A stretch of DNA of 64,000 bases. It comes from Priapulus caudatus (lineage: Eukaryota). Position 1 is the first letter of the stretch. Every line of letters begins with the position of its first letter. Positions 38,501-49,100 of the stretch are shown piece after piece. Below the pieces are notes generated by a model, which ran no database searches, was not told where the DNA came from, and was given only the letters and a program-made list of their open reading frames with translations. Where the stretch lies: the NCBI RefSeq assembly GCF_000485595.1, contig NW_014577074.1:949479-1013478 (forward strand), written 5' to 3'. Both the position numbers and the translations under genes were made by a program.

Positions 38501-39755
38501 GTGGTTATTGCAGCTGGATATGTTCACGAGTACTGGCGAGGGTAAGTCCATTAGAAAAGGCGATCCCCTGCCGGGCCCTTCACAGGAAGACCTGTTCTCT
38601 GCACACGATTTTGATATCAAGATAGATCTTGAGGTCCCACCTATAGGTAAGCATCAGCAGCTGCGGTTCAAATATGTTTTAAGATTTAATGTTGTTCAAA
38701 TTTTTGCAAATGAAGATGTGTTATACACTCAGTTTGGATTAGTATTGAATCAGTAAAACTAGTATCGAAATTAAAAAAAAATATAAAGTAATATTTTAAA
38801 GATGTGTGAGATGTTTCAGGTGCATTTACGTGTCTAATAACATAATAATTAACCATTGATACTGAAAACCAGTTAATGCAATAACCTTCTTCCGGTCTTT
38901 CTTCACACCCATCTTTGGTCACTGAATGTTGCAGTAAGCTTCATTCCCTTGAAAACAAAACACCAAATTCAGTTCCTTGTCCGAAGTCTAGTTACTGCAA
39001 CAGACTTGACACACCCTGTATAGTATACAGGGGTAGAAATTAATTTGAAAATTTACAGGCCAGTCGGGCCTGTAGGTAAGGGATTTTACAGGCCCGACAG
39101 GCAAATTACAGGCCCGTATCATTCCGCAGATACCGCAGAATTAAAAAAAAATAAAGACTGAAAGTTGAATTTTTTTACAATGGCTTATTTACAGTAATAC
39201 AAAGAACATATTCAGTGACTACTAATGAGCTGTCAGAATTCTCATTGTCCTCCCTGGCAATGAAAAAAATACACGGGGGCTCGGGGCGATTTAGCCCCCG
39301 AAATGCCAAAAAGAGCCCCGGAAATGCCAAAAAGAGCCCCAGTAAATTTGCATAGAGTTCAATGCAAACCAAATTTTAGAGTGCTATTTCATGCACGCGA
39401 GTTTGAAAAGTAGCCCCCGAAAAATAAATAATATTTTTTTCCCTGCTCCCTGGTGTCCTTACTCTCGGGACTCTTTCTTAACTGTTGGCTGGCTTGCACT
39501 ACGGCAATAGAATGTGCACATCGATTTTCTACTGGCCCGTCGGGCTTGCTAGTATTAGAAATGTCAGGCCCGAGCCTTAAAATATGGGCATCGGGCCCGT
39601 TAGGATTTCGACCCATGGTATAATAGTGTATCATTGCTGTTCTTGTAGCCACCACATCCGCTGTGGCTGCCAAACCATCCCCGGCCATTAGGGATACCGC
39701 ACCCGGCCGCTCCCTCAACCTCGAAGCTTACAAGAAACGCAGAGGACTAATATGA
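14486..39755 (+). CDS. RTF1: RNA polymerase-associated protein RTF1 homolog (Paf1 complex, Plus3 domain); whole gene span, ~15 coding exons
   Basis: Phase-compatible exons giving [75 protein letters not shown] and [15 protein letters not shown], as recalled for metazoan RTF1. Confidence 0.93.
15168..15505. mobile_element. TIR element (MITE)
   Basis: aggccataataaaaa...gtttgccctcacc pairs with ggtgagggcaaac...ttttaattgtggcct. Confidence 0.65.
15727..19363 (+). mobile_element. HINE-like element whose interior (15947-19278) is a noisy, inverted fill
   Basis: 5' ttttagctcatctgac plus (GTCC)n; 3' agatgagc-hairpin-cttgtt at 19333-19363; the interior contains both family ends in reverse orientation. 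Confidence 0.6.
20664..20756 (+). CDS. RTF1: RTF1 exon 2
   Basis: tgtag|[31 protein letters not shown]|gtatgt. Confidence 0.8.
21005..21140 (+). CDS. RTF1: RTF1 exon 3
   Basis: tgtag|[20 protein letters not shown]...DSEPEE(G)|gtaggc, phase 0-1. Confidence 0.85.
21180..21540. mobile_element. Probable MITE
   Basis: cagggtgcgaaattaa / ttaatttctacccctg imperfect TIRs; no clean TSD seen. Confidence 0.5.
21829..22018 (+). CDS. RTF1: RTF1 exon 4
   Basis: EVSDSD...[43 protein letters not shown](R); phase 1-2. Confidence 0.93.
22446..22681 (+). CDS. RTF1: RTF1 exon 5
   Basis: [15 protein letters not shown]...[13 protein letters not shown]; phase 2-1. Confidence 0.92.
22741..22975 (+). repeat. G-rich (GGT/GGGT)n simple repeat
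   Basis: Almost only G and T over ~235 bp. Confidence 0.9.
23208..23385 (+). CDS. RTF1: RTF1 exon 6
   Basis: [20 protein letters not shown]...; phase 1-2. Confidence 0.9.
23414..23623. mobile_element. MITE with TA target duplication (Tc1/mariner-type)
   Basis: ta|ctgtatacgc...gcgtacacag|ta. Confidence 0.75.
23908..24006 (+). CDS. RTF1: RTF1 exon 7
   Basis: [32 protein letters not shown]; start of Plus3; phase 2-2. Confidence 0.9.
24227..24317 (+). CDS. RTF1: RTF1 exon 8
   Basis: [30 protein letters not shown]; phase 2-0. Confidence 0.93.
24577..24659 (+). CDS. RTF1: RTF1 exon 9
   Basis: [27 protein letters not shown](R); phase 0-2. Confidence 0.93.
25285..25435. repeat. Perfect ~60-bp-arm hairpin (MITE-like)
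   Basis: ctcgcttactatatcccg...gaagaacac is the exact reverse complement of gtgttcttc...tagtaagcgag. Confidence 0.9.
25615..25810 (+). CDS. RTF1: RTF1 exon 10
   Basis: [30 protein letters not shown]...TDKDIEQ|gtgagc; phase 2-0. Confidence 0.93.
25855..25949 (+). repeat. 14-bp minisatellite GGTTTTAGGCAT(A/G)T
   Basis: Tandem units; the array resumes at 27966-28140. Confidence 0.9.
25960..27965. repeat. Near-identical duplicate of RTF1 exons 7-10 region; exons 7-9 direct, exon-10 block inverted (27233-27965)
   Basis: 25960-27232 matches ~23696-24965; 27233-27965 is the reverse complement of 24966-~25894 minus a 196-bp segment; begins at an N-gap. Confidence 0.92.
28490..28567 (+). CDS. RTF1: RTF1 exon 11
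   Basis: [26 protein letters not shown]|gtgagt; phase 0-0. Confidence 0.9.
29320..34400 (+). repeat. Intronic satellite: 33-bp (3x11) units followed by ~35-bp GCTGACATGATGTGCTGATACTGGTCTAACACCAG units
   Basis: Tandem periodicity throughout, indel-rich; interrupted at ~32283-33150. Confidence 0.92.
32283..33150. mobile_element. TIR element inserted in the satellite
   Basis: ...cgtggtttgtgttataagccaatcagatg pairs with catctaattggttataacacaaaccacg...; ~85-bp noisy arms; purine-rich then pyrimidine-rich interior. Confidence 0.7.
34577..34762 (+). CDS. RTF1: RTF1 exon 12 (frameshifted in this assembly; boundaries approximate)
   Basis: Fragments DVDKLTEQL / [31 protein letters not shown] then gtgagt. 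Confidence 0.78.
35035..35370 (+). repeat. 62-bp tandem repeat (~5 copies)
   Basis: cgtccagccgtctccgctacgttagttgcacactcattgcattactacacctatttggtcga; period 35169 to 35231. Confidence 0.9.
35474..35717 (+). CDS. RTF1: RTF1 exon 13 (frameshifted in this assembly)
   Basis: QEVQEMRNA...[16 protein letters not shown], corresponding to the RTF1 'DPFTRR.C.PT' motif; cag| ... |gtatgt. Confidence 0.72.
36255..37995 (+). repeat. Noisy duplicate of ~38100-39920 (RTF1 last two exons), lacking the 39258 MITE
   Basis: Collinear similarity with many indels; ends at an N-gap. Confidence 0.85.
38514..38646 (+). CDS. RTF1: RTF1 exon 14
   Basis: [10 protein letters not shown]...[22 protein letters not shown]|gtaagc; phase 0-1. 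Confidence 0.88.
39258..39445. mobile_element. hAT-like MITE (same family as 9019-9201)
   Basis: 8-bp TSD CTCCCTGG; empty site in the duplicate at ~37489-37496. Confidence 0.88.
39649..39755 (+). CDS. RTF1: RTF1 terminal exon
   Basis: (A)[34 protein letters not shown]. Confidence 0.92.
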
Positions 39756-40794
39756 CTGCCTCATGTAGTGCATCATCAGTGGTGGCACCACCTGTATATA
39801 CCTGTAATATACTGCGCAAGCCTCGATAACTTTGCATGCAATGATTCGTCTAAAGCCAAATGAAGAGCTAATGACATGAAACTGGTAAAAGTTAAGCTAA
39901 TTCATGTTCCACCTTTTTTATGAGCGCTGTACTGTGGTCGGATTGTCCAACTTAGTGTGGACTAGTGTATTTTTGAGTGGTATCAATCTATGTTTAGAGG
40001 TCAGGCCGTGTTGTAATGCTATAAAAACATTTTTACATATGAACATAACCTCTCCCATCTCGACATTACGATTGTGTTGATGCCACTCAGTCACACATTG
40101 AGCCCTTCTTATAAAAGTTGTAAATGTTCATCAACATGCATTTTATGTAATGTATAATATTTTGTAAATGATAGTCAGCTATATATGTCAAGCACATAGG
40201 TGCATAAAAGAACAAACAACAATATAACAAGAGTCACATGGACTGTAACTCTAATCGCATTTATATGTCAGTTTTATTCAGGTGACACTTGGACACGTTT
40301 GTGAAGAATTGTTACACTCGTCTCATGGCATAGGTTATTTCCTTTGGAGGTTTGCCATTAAATGCCACATATTCATTTATTACATTTGGTCTAAAATTGT
40401 CTCTGCAGTTTGTGAAGACCGACTGTGGTAAGAACATATTTGGACAAATTATAATGAAGTATATGGGAGTTTAGTTTAGAAGTAATGCAATGGTTGTCAT
40501 GTTTACCTGCTTGGAAAACTTACCAAAATACCATTGTAATCCCAAATATTCTTCTTGAATATAACTCTATAATTTTTACTACCTGTTAGTTGCGAATGTT
40601 GGGTTTTAATGATGTTTGTAAAGCTATGGAGAAATCCTAGAGCAATTCCTGTTCTGGTAAATTGTGAAATTACGTAAACCTGCTCCAACTGCCGGGCAGG
40701 GTGCTGCGGGGAATGGGGTGGGAAGGGAAAGGGGCTACTAGTAGTGAATGTGGTTTATGTTCAGATGTTATGTATAGTAATTATTCAGTGGGAA

Positions 40795-40800
40795 AATAAA
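40795..40800 (+). terminator. Candidate polyadenylation signal for RTF1
   Basis: AATAAA ~1 kb after the stop codon; positional inference only. Confidence 0.35.
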
Positions 40801-40891
40801 ACGTCCTTATCACGTTGTTTATAAAAACGATCTTCAATCGCCCTTTTACTGCGTGTAAGCAAGTTTTATACGTCATCTTCTTAAGATTCTA

Positions 40892-40897
40892 TTTATT
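40892..40897 (-). terminator. Candidate polyadenylation signal for striatin
   Basis: AATAAA on the minus strand ~2 kb after the stop codon; positional inference only. Confidence 0.3.
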
Positions 40898-42935
40898 AAT
40901 GCTAATACACAGAAAACAAGACGAGCACCATTACATGATATTACTAAACACTTAAGATTTATTACAGCCTGCGATGTCTGTACGCAGACTTCTGTATAGT
41001 TAACAATCACATGCTCAACGAGTCGCGACGCAGTAGTCTCTGGTTACTATAGGGATCGACTGATGAAAGCACAAGAAAGTGCTTTTAGACAATGTGATGA
41101 TACGAGGCATGTCCTCCACTCACCCAACAGTTGACACACCCCATAATGCGGGTGCAAGCAATGTCACTTCACCTGCGTGACAGTGGTCATTGATGGTTTC
41201 ATTAAACAGTGACCACAAATTTGTTTACTGGAGCATGCACCCACATCCATAATTGCCCATCTTAACACGCCTACTGAATATAAGTTGAAGTGTGTCGAAC
41301 TAGGACACGACTTCCTATCAGTAACGGCAGGCTGCTACTGCGAGACACATGCAGGTTGGTTCATTCCTGTAACGTGCCATAAACGGACAAGAAATAGAAT
41401 TTGCTTCTGGGAAATGTATGAGGAATCAATGACGAGTGCTGTCGCTAAACAATGTGAACATTAGTCCCTGGCTCGCGAATGCTGTCTGCTGTATACACAC
41501 GTTGGCACAGTGCCGTACCCATCGTGACGCGAATGAATTTTGTTTTAAATAATTGAAAGCTTACAGGTAAAATCATAACGCCTAGCACTCAACTTGAGAC
41601 TGAGCAGTCAACTCTGTCACTGCAATCGTCGCTTCGTTATCATGCTGCTTACTTGCAACGATAGACACAGATGGGAACAACATATAAATATTCATTGCTA
41701 GAATAACACTTGTTATTTTATTCTCTGGCAACTGTCAGACTGTAGGTCCAAGTACTATGAGTGCCTTTGTAAGATCGAACATTCTAGCAGTCACCAAGAG
41801 AAAACATTCGTTCTACCAGTTTGGATTTGTCATATTTCTTCACATGAGTATAATCAGAAACTATAGCAGGTTTATTTCTGGACGAGACTTGCAGATAAAA
41901 ACCATTTCCATTAGTCTTACCCTCAATGTTATTATATACAACCCCAAAAAACACATCGTAACATATCTATCCACATTATTGGATATTTTGATTGTTATAG
42001 CTAGTGTATGTGCTACCCACTTATCTACCATTCACTTATTACAGTGTATATATAGTTTTCGTGTTTAGCATGAATCACATGATGAGACCTCACAAGTATG
42101 GAAGACACCCTGAAGTCTATTAAAGCTATCATATCTCCGGCGAAATCACACCACCTGGTGTCAAAAGAAGCATACTACAAGAGTCTGCCTGCACCTTCAT
42201 ACTTACATCCTCTGACGTTATTGGGTTTCGTCAGCAAATTATTAGCATTCTCTCTCACTCCCTCTCTCCTCCGCTCTCCCACTCCTGTACATTACTTTCT
42301 CCCCTCTCTCCCCTTCCAGCTCTTCTTTTCCCTCGTTGATATCATTATAAAAACAGCATTGTCTTAATTCACAAGCATTGTGACTCAACCACCTTACATC
42401 ACACAATGTTCGTATGTCTATCACGCATGCTCGTAAACTTCACATAGACGCCGAAGCACACAAGCTCCTCCTACGTGTCCCAACCTTCGAAAGGCGATCA
42501 TGCTGTGTGTAATGTCAAGCACTTTGTGCACGTAGTCGTCAGAATACCGTTATGTCACTCAAAGTGACGTGTGCAAACAACAGTTCCACTTCCAGTATTT
42601 TCTTGCAAACTCGCCCGAGTAGTACAATGACTACCTAATGTCCTGGTTTAGGTCATTTTGTGGTGAGCTGATCCGAGTCGGCAGGAACGGCCAGTCTGCT
42701 GGCAGGGGAAGAAAACTGGCATGCCAACCTACACTCCAGAGGCAGTGAGCATATTCAACTGTGCATTTCATATTTTACAAGTGACACGTCCTTTAATATA
42801 TTTATACCGTCATAACAATACTGTCATACCTAAGTATCATTACAGCAAACGATGACTGATCATAATCGACTTGCTTCACCATTGGTGATCACGTGATAAA
42901 TAATGTCACAGACTTAGGCAATGTCAACGATGATG

Positions 42936-43105
42936 TCATACGAATACTTTCGCGAGCGCGTCTGCTCCCGCACTTGCTATGTAGGGTCGAGACGGATGGA
43001 AAGCCACATCATATATGGATTCATCAAACTTCTTGCGATGTGATGTGATCTCTTGTACACATGTCTTGCTATCCAGATTCCATAGTCTTATTGAACAGTC
43101 ATGGC
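42936..43105 (-). CDS. STRN3: Striatin terminal exon
   Basis: HDCSIRLWNLDSKTCVQEITSHRKKFDESIYDVAFHPSRPYIASAGADALAKVFV*. Confidence 0.95.
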
Positions 43106-46100
43106 CTAAAGCACAAACAACAAACATTGTTACACTGTATTTGCGATAGTATCAACACAGACGCGTTTCAAATAATAATAAATTTACAATCTACAATCAA
43201 TCTTGATTCTAACGAGTGAAAAGGCACGATGAATCCAATCACACTGAACATTCAAATACAAACTGGATTTTTATACCAGTCTTGGAATAACGGTACAAAT
43301 GTTTCGCATCACTTCACACAGATTCGCAAAATTACTCGTACCAATGAACCCCAAATTAATCTACCAACTGTCATTGCTAGTTTTCTAAATCCCGAATGAT
43401 AAGCAAACGTGTATGTTGCGAGTGCAATGATGTCACGACGTTGCTACGTACTTCCTGATAGCAGGTACAAGCCGTTGGGATCGATGGCGAGACTCGTCAC
43501 GGCATCCAGGTGTGCCACCATCGTGTGAACCATCTTACCTGTAACGAAGAGAACAATACATACATGAATAGCATAATGAAACAATGGCATATATATGTAT
43601 ATATATATATATATATATATAATGGCACTATTTCATTATGCTATTCATAATACAGTATATGAAACGAACACGTGAGAATATATTGACCACTTGCCAATTA
43701 AATGTCTTAGTTTTGCACCGATAGCCCCTGTATAAGTTTAAGATGTGTGAGATTTGACATTACACATACACTCCTGCACGCACACACGTGTGTAAAAATG
43801 ATCGTACAGCAAGACGTTAGTCCTCAGCACAATAAAGCCGCATTTGTTGCAGTGGGCTGATTAAACCGCCTACCTGTATTATTGTCAAAGAAGCGGATAT
43901 GCCTGTCCTCATGTGCTGTCACTGTAATGGGCAGGGTCGGGTGACTAACCACCTGATGTATCGTTGACAGAACACCCGGCTCTGCACAAATTATAAAACG
44001 AGACAATTCGATCATCGGGGATAAACCAGAAGCTAAAGCATCGCTGATCAGTATAGAGCCATCAAGTAATCCCATCATACAAGTGTTCACAAATCTTAAC
44101 CATTGGGATACATCCCCATTTAGCTGGTTGAGGTCACCTTGACATAGATTACACTGCAGAGCAAGAGGCTCAGGTGCACGACTCTGACCATGATGGGCAC
44201 TTACCTGACAAATCCTTGCTCTCCAGGTGAATGACTGGCTGAGAGGTCTCCAAGTCGTAGATGACTGCATCACAATCGCTATACGCGGCGACCATCTGTA
44301 TCGGATCTGACCGCACAAAGTCTATCGAGGTGGGTATGAGACCTGGAATGTTGCCAAATATCGTCAACATTAAGGCCACCGCCCGCCAGCAGCGCGGCAT
44401 GCAAGAGTTGACGTGGCAATTATCATCTTGGTCCACTCGTTCTTTTACATCAGTGATAAAACTATAATATACACGCTGTACAATACTATACCATTTTATA
44501 CACACTATGTCTCAATAACTGGTTCATCATTAAATGCATGCCGTTAAAAGCGCTACTCTGGTTTGGCCACAATGTTTAAGCTAAGTAATAGACAGGCATA
44601 GACTTAGACTAAACTAGACTATACTTAGATGCCTAAATATATAATTTTACCATTTTCACTAGTGAACGTTTTCAGTAGTGGTTCTTTAGTGTATGGTTGC
44701 CATAATCGCACGGTGCCGTCCGATGCACAGGACAGTAGCCGGTTATTACTGCTGTGCACAGAGAGGCCCCAGACAGCACCAGTGTGACCAGTAAGTGTTG
44801 CGGCTAAGACTGATGGGTCTGCAATGAATACGATTTTTAAAACGGCTTCTATTGGCCGTTTCTAAAAATTCTGATTCTATTCTAAAAAGTACTACATGAT
44901 ATAAGAAGACGAACTAGAGTGATACATAATCAAAAAATTATGATCAAGACTCTAATACACCTAACATAAATATTTATTGTTCCATTTTACACCAAAATCT
45001 GTCACATTGGCTAAACAATTTAAATCTGAAGGAATCAATCTCTCGCCCTGCAATCGCTTCAATTCAATTTCGTTAAGGCTCACCATACATATCATAGGGG
45101 TCAACATTGGAGCTGGGGATCTTCCAGCAGCGAATGCTCGAGTCAATACCTCCACTGAAGCATTCCTCGCCTGACACAGACATGGCCAATGACAGGACAG
45201 CGCCCCTGTAAGCCGAACGACAGCTGAAAGCTAGCTTCACTTGCTACAACGTTTCAAAGGTGACCATTGTATCTACGTAGATGAAATAAAATGTAGCTAT
45301 ATGCATGTACCAACAGAGCAACTTTCGCAATGCGTACTGTGGTCCAAGCACATTTTCATTTCAAGCCATCATGTGCAGCAATATTCCAATAGGTCTGTCT
45401 ATTTTTGCATAAATTCATATTATTTATTATTTAATGAGGTTACAGAGGAAATCTTTCCAGGATTTAGAGGAGAGAGAAGAGAGGAGAGAGAATATTAAAT
45501 TTTCAACTACGCAAACCAAAAGCTATTTACCGAATATCCATGTGTGTGTTTTAATTAGGCAACTATATGACACTTGAGGCTGAGTACTAACTATACAGAA
45601 TGTTTATTGCAATTTAACTTTCTATGCTTCACAGTGCTAATACAGGAGGTATATATGATGATTTATCATGATTTTGTGACTTTTTCAATGCTAATAAATG
45701 AAACTGAATTCCATGGATAAATCATACACAATTACATGCAGGAAGAAGAAGCTTATATAGACAGGATATTTGGTATTTTCAGATTAAGCTATCACCATGT
45801 GAACCATCACTATGATATCTCAAATGTCAGGGGTCCGTTTCAACACTAAAATTCTCAGTACCATCCTCAAGCAATTAGTACCAACTTGTGCAAAACTAAA
45901 AGTAGGGCAATTGGTTGACATTCCCAATTTTAAAAGGGAAGAAAATACGAGGCAAGTTCAACATAACAACGACTGAAACTTGAATCGTTGATCAGCTCAC
46001 CAATCTCAGTTTAACATATGTGCCAATCTAGGACAGAAATAATTTGGGAGTGGAATTCGTCCAGAATTTGTAAAACTCAAGTGCTATGAATATCGTTTGC

Positions 46101-49100
46101 GCTCTCATACTACCCACTGCTCCTGGTGAACCATGCACAAAATATTCCGCGAGAGAGCTAGACTATATGTGCAGGGGTCAAGCTACGTGCAGTCTCTACT
46201 ATAGTAGCCTATTACTAGCTGTGTGTGGAAGATTACTCACGTGTGCCCTCTGAATGTGTAGACAGGCTCTACATCTAATGAGGCAGTTCTGCAAGCAAAA
46301 AAAACAAGAGACTAGAACATTACCATCATAACTCATATATTTATATCACAATAACCGCGAAATAAACTCTACGATTTTATATAATTATAACGGTGCTAGT
46401 CCGGTATCAAAACCAAATCTGTGTCGCGAAGACGACCAGAAAATTCTCGGGTTGTCACGACGACAGACGATGAAGCCTTACTTCTTTGCGGGTACGGTCT
46501 TGTCCAGGTTCCACAGCTTCAGCGTGTGGTCCTCGGAGGCAGTGATGAGTACAGGGTCGACGGGGTGGAAGACTAGCGCTCGGATGCCATCAAAGTGACT
46601 CCTCAGCGTGTACTTGGCATTCCACGTCTTGCGTAGGGCATCCTTGCTCGATGAAAGCTGCGGGAGGCCGACAAGATGGCATGAGTTCAGCGTGCGGATG
46701 CGTAAATACGACCCTGGTCAGCGTTAGTGCTAGTGAATATTACAGACAATACGTGTGCCACTCAAATCGATATATTAATAGAAATTTACCTGACCTAAGT
46801 AAGTCCCACTCCAAGGGCACTTATCAAATTACGTGACGTAGTAAATGATCTACGTATTTGCTGAACACGGGAACACTTACATCGTAAGATAGCTCGCAAT
46901 CGTTCTGTATTGTCAGCCCTGCCAGTTCTCCGAGGCCAAAACCTGGCTCAAAACCTTCTTCGGCTGGCAGGGGGCGCCGCGGTCCTGCTGGAAACGGGAT
47001 GTTGGCATCGTTTGGTCCAGCTTTATTAAAAACACTAATTGTTGTTATGAGAGAAAAACACCACTGTCACAAACAGTGAACACAACACGGTGTTTTTTCC
47101 GTGAAAAACCACATTGATACACACACGGCAGATTTAAGAACTTATAAGTGATTAATTAGAAAATAATCTTGATTCATAAAATTTCTACAAGTGCAGCTCA
47201 CACATGAAGGGTGAGCACACCAACCACGCACGAACGTAGCTTACATGAAGGGTGAGCATACCAACCACGCGCGTACGTAGCTTACATAAAGGGTGAACAC
47301 ACCAACCACGCACGTACGTAGCTTACATGAAAGTGAACACACCAACACGCACGTACTAGTTTCAGATGAAGAGTGAACACACCAACCACGCGCGTACATA
47401 GCTTACATGAAGGGTAAACAGACCAACCACGCACGTACGTAGCTTACATGAAGGGTGAACACACCAACCACGCACGTACGTAGCTTACATGAAGGGTAAA
47501 ACAACACCAACCACGCACGTACGGTAGCTTACATGAAGGGTAAACACACCAACCACGCGCGGTAGCGTAGCTTACATGAAGGGTGAAAACACACCAATCA
47601 CGCACGTACGTAGCTTACATGAAGGGTGAACACACCAACCACCGCACGTACGTAGTTTACATGAAGGGTAAACACACCACCACGCGCGTCCATAGCTTCA
47701 TGAAGGGTAAACAGACAACCACGCACGTACGTAGCTTACATGAAGGGTGAACACACCAAACACGCACGGTACGTAGCTTACATGAAGGGTGAACACACCA
47801 ACCACGCGCGTACGTAGCTTACATTGAAGGTGAACACACCAACCACGCACGTACGTAGCTTACATGAAGGGTGAAACACACACCGACGCACGTACGTAGC
47901 TTACACGAAGGGTGAACACACCAACCACGCATGTACGTAGCTTACATGAAGAGTGAACACACCAACCACGCACGTACGTAGCTTACATGAAGGGTGAACA
48001 CACCAACCACGCACGTACGTAGCTTACATGAAGGTGAAACCACAACCACGGCGCGTACGTAGCTTACATGAAGGGTGAACACACCAACCACGCACGTACG
48101 TAGCTTACATGAAGGGTGAACACACCAACCACGCACGTACGTAGCTTACATGAAGGGTTGACACACCAACCACGCGCGTACATAGCTTACATGAAGGGTG
48201 AACACACCAACCACGCACGTACGTAGCTTACATGAAGGGGTGAACACACCACCCACGCACGTACGTAGCTTACATGAAGGGTGAAACACACCAACCACGG
48301 GCGTAGTTAGCTTACATGAAGGGCGTGAACACACCAACCACGCACGTACGTAGCTTACATGAAAAGGGTGACACACACCAACCACGCACGTACGTAGCTT
48401 ACGATGAAGGGTGAACACACCAACCAGCGCACGTACATAGCTTACATGAAGGGTGAACACACCAACCACGCGCGTACGTAGCTTGCATGAAGGGTGAACA
48501 CACCAACCACGCACGTACGTAGCTTACACGAAGGGTAAAAACACCAACACGCACGTACGTAGCTTTACATGAAGGGTGAGCACACCAACCACGCACGTAA
48601 CGTAGCTTACATGAAGGGTGAACACACCAAGCACGCGCGTACGTAGCTTACATGAAGGGTGAAACACACCAACCACGCACGTACGTAGCTTACATGAAGG
48701 GTGAACACACCAACCACGCACGTACGATAGCTTACATGAAGGGTAAAACACACCAACCACGCCGCGTAGCTAGCTTACAGAAGGGTGAACACAACCAACC
48801 ACGCACGTACCGTAGCTTACATGAAGGGTGAACACACCAACCACGCCGTGTACGTAGCTTACATGGAAGGGTAGCACACCAACCACGCACGTACGTAGCT
48901 ATCATGAAGGGTAAACACACGCAACCACGCACGTACGTAGCTTTACACGAAGGATGAACACACCAACCACGCACGTACGTAGCTTACACGAAGGGTAAAC
49001 ACACCAACCACGCACGTACGTAGCTTACATGAAGGGTGAACACACCAACCACGCACGTACGTAGCTACACGAAGGGTGAACACACCACCACGCAACGTAC

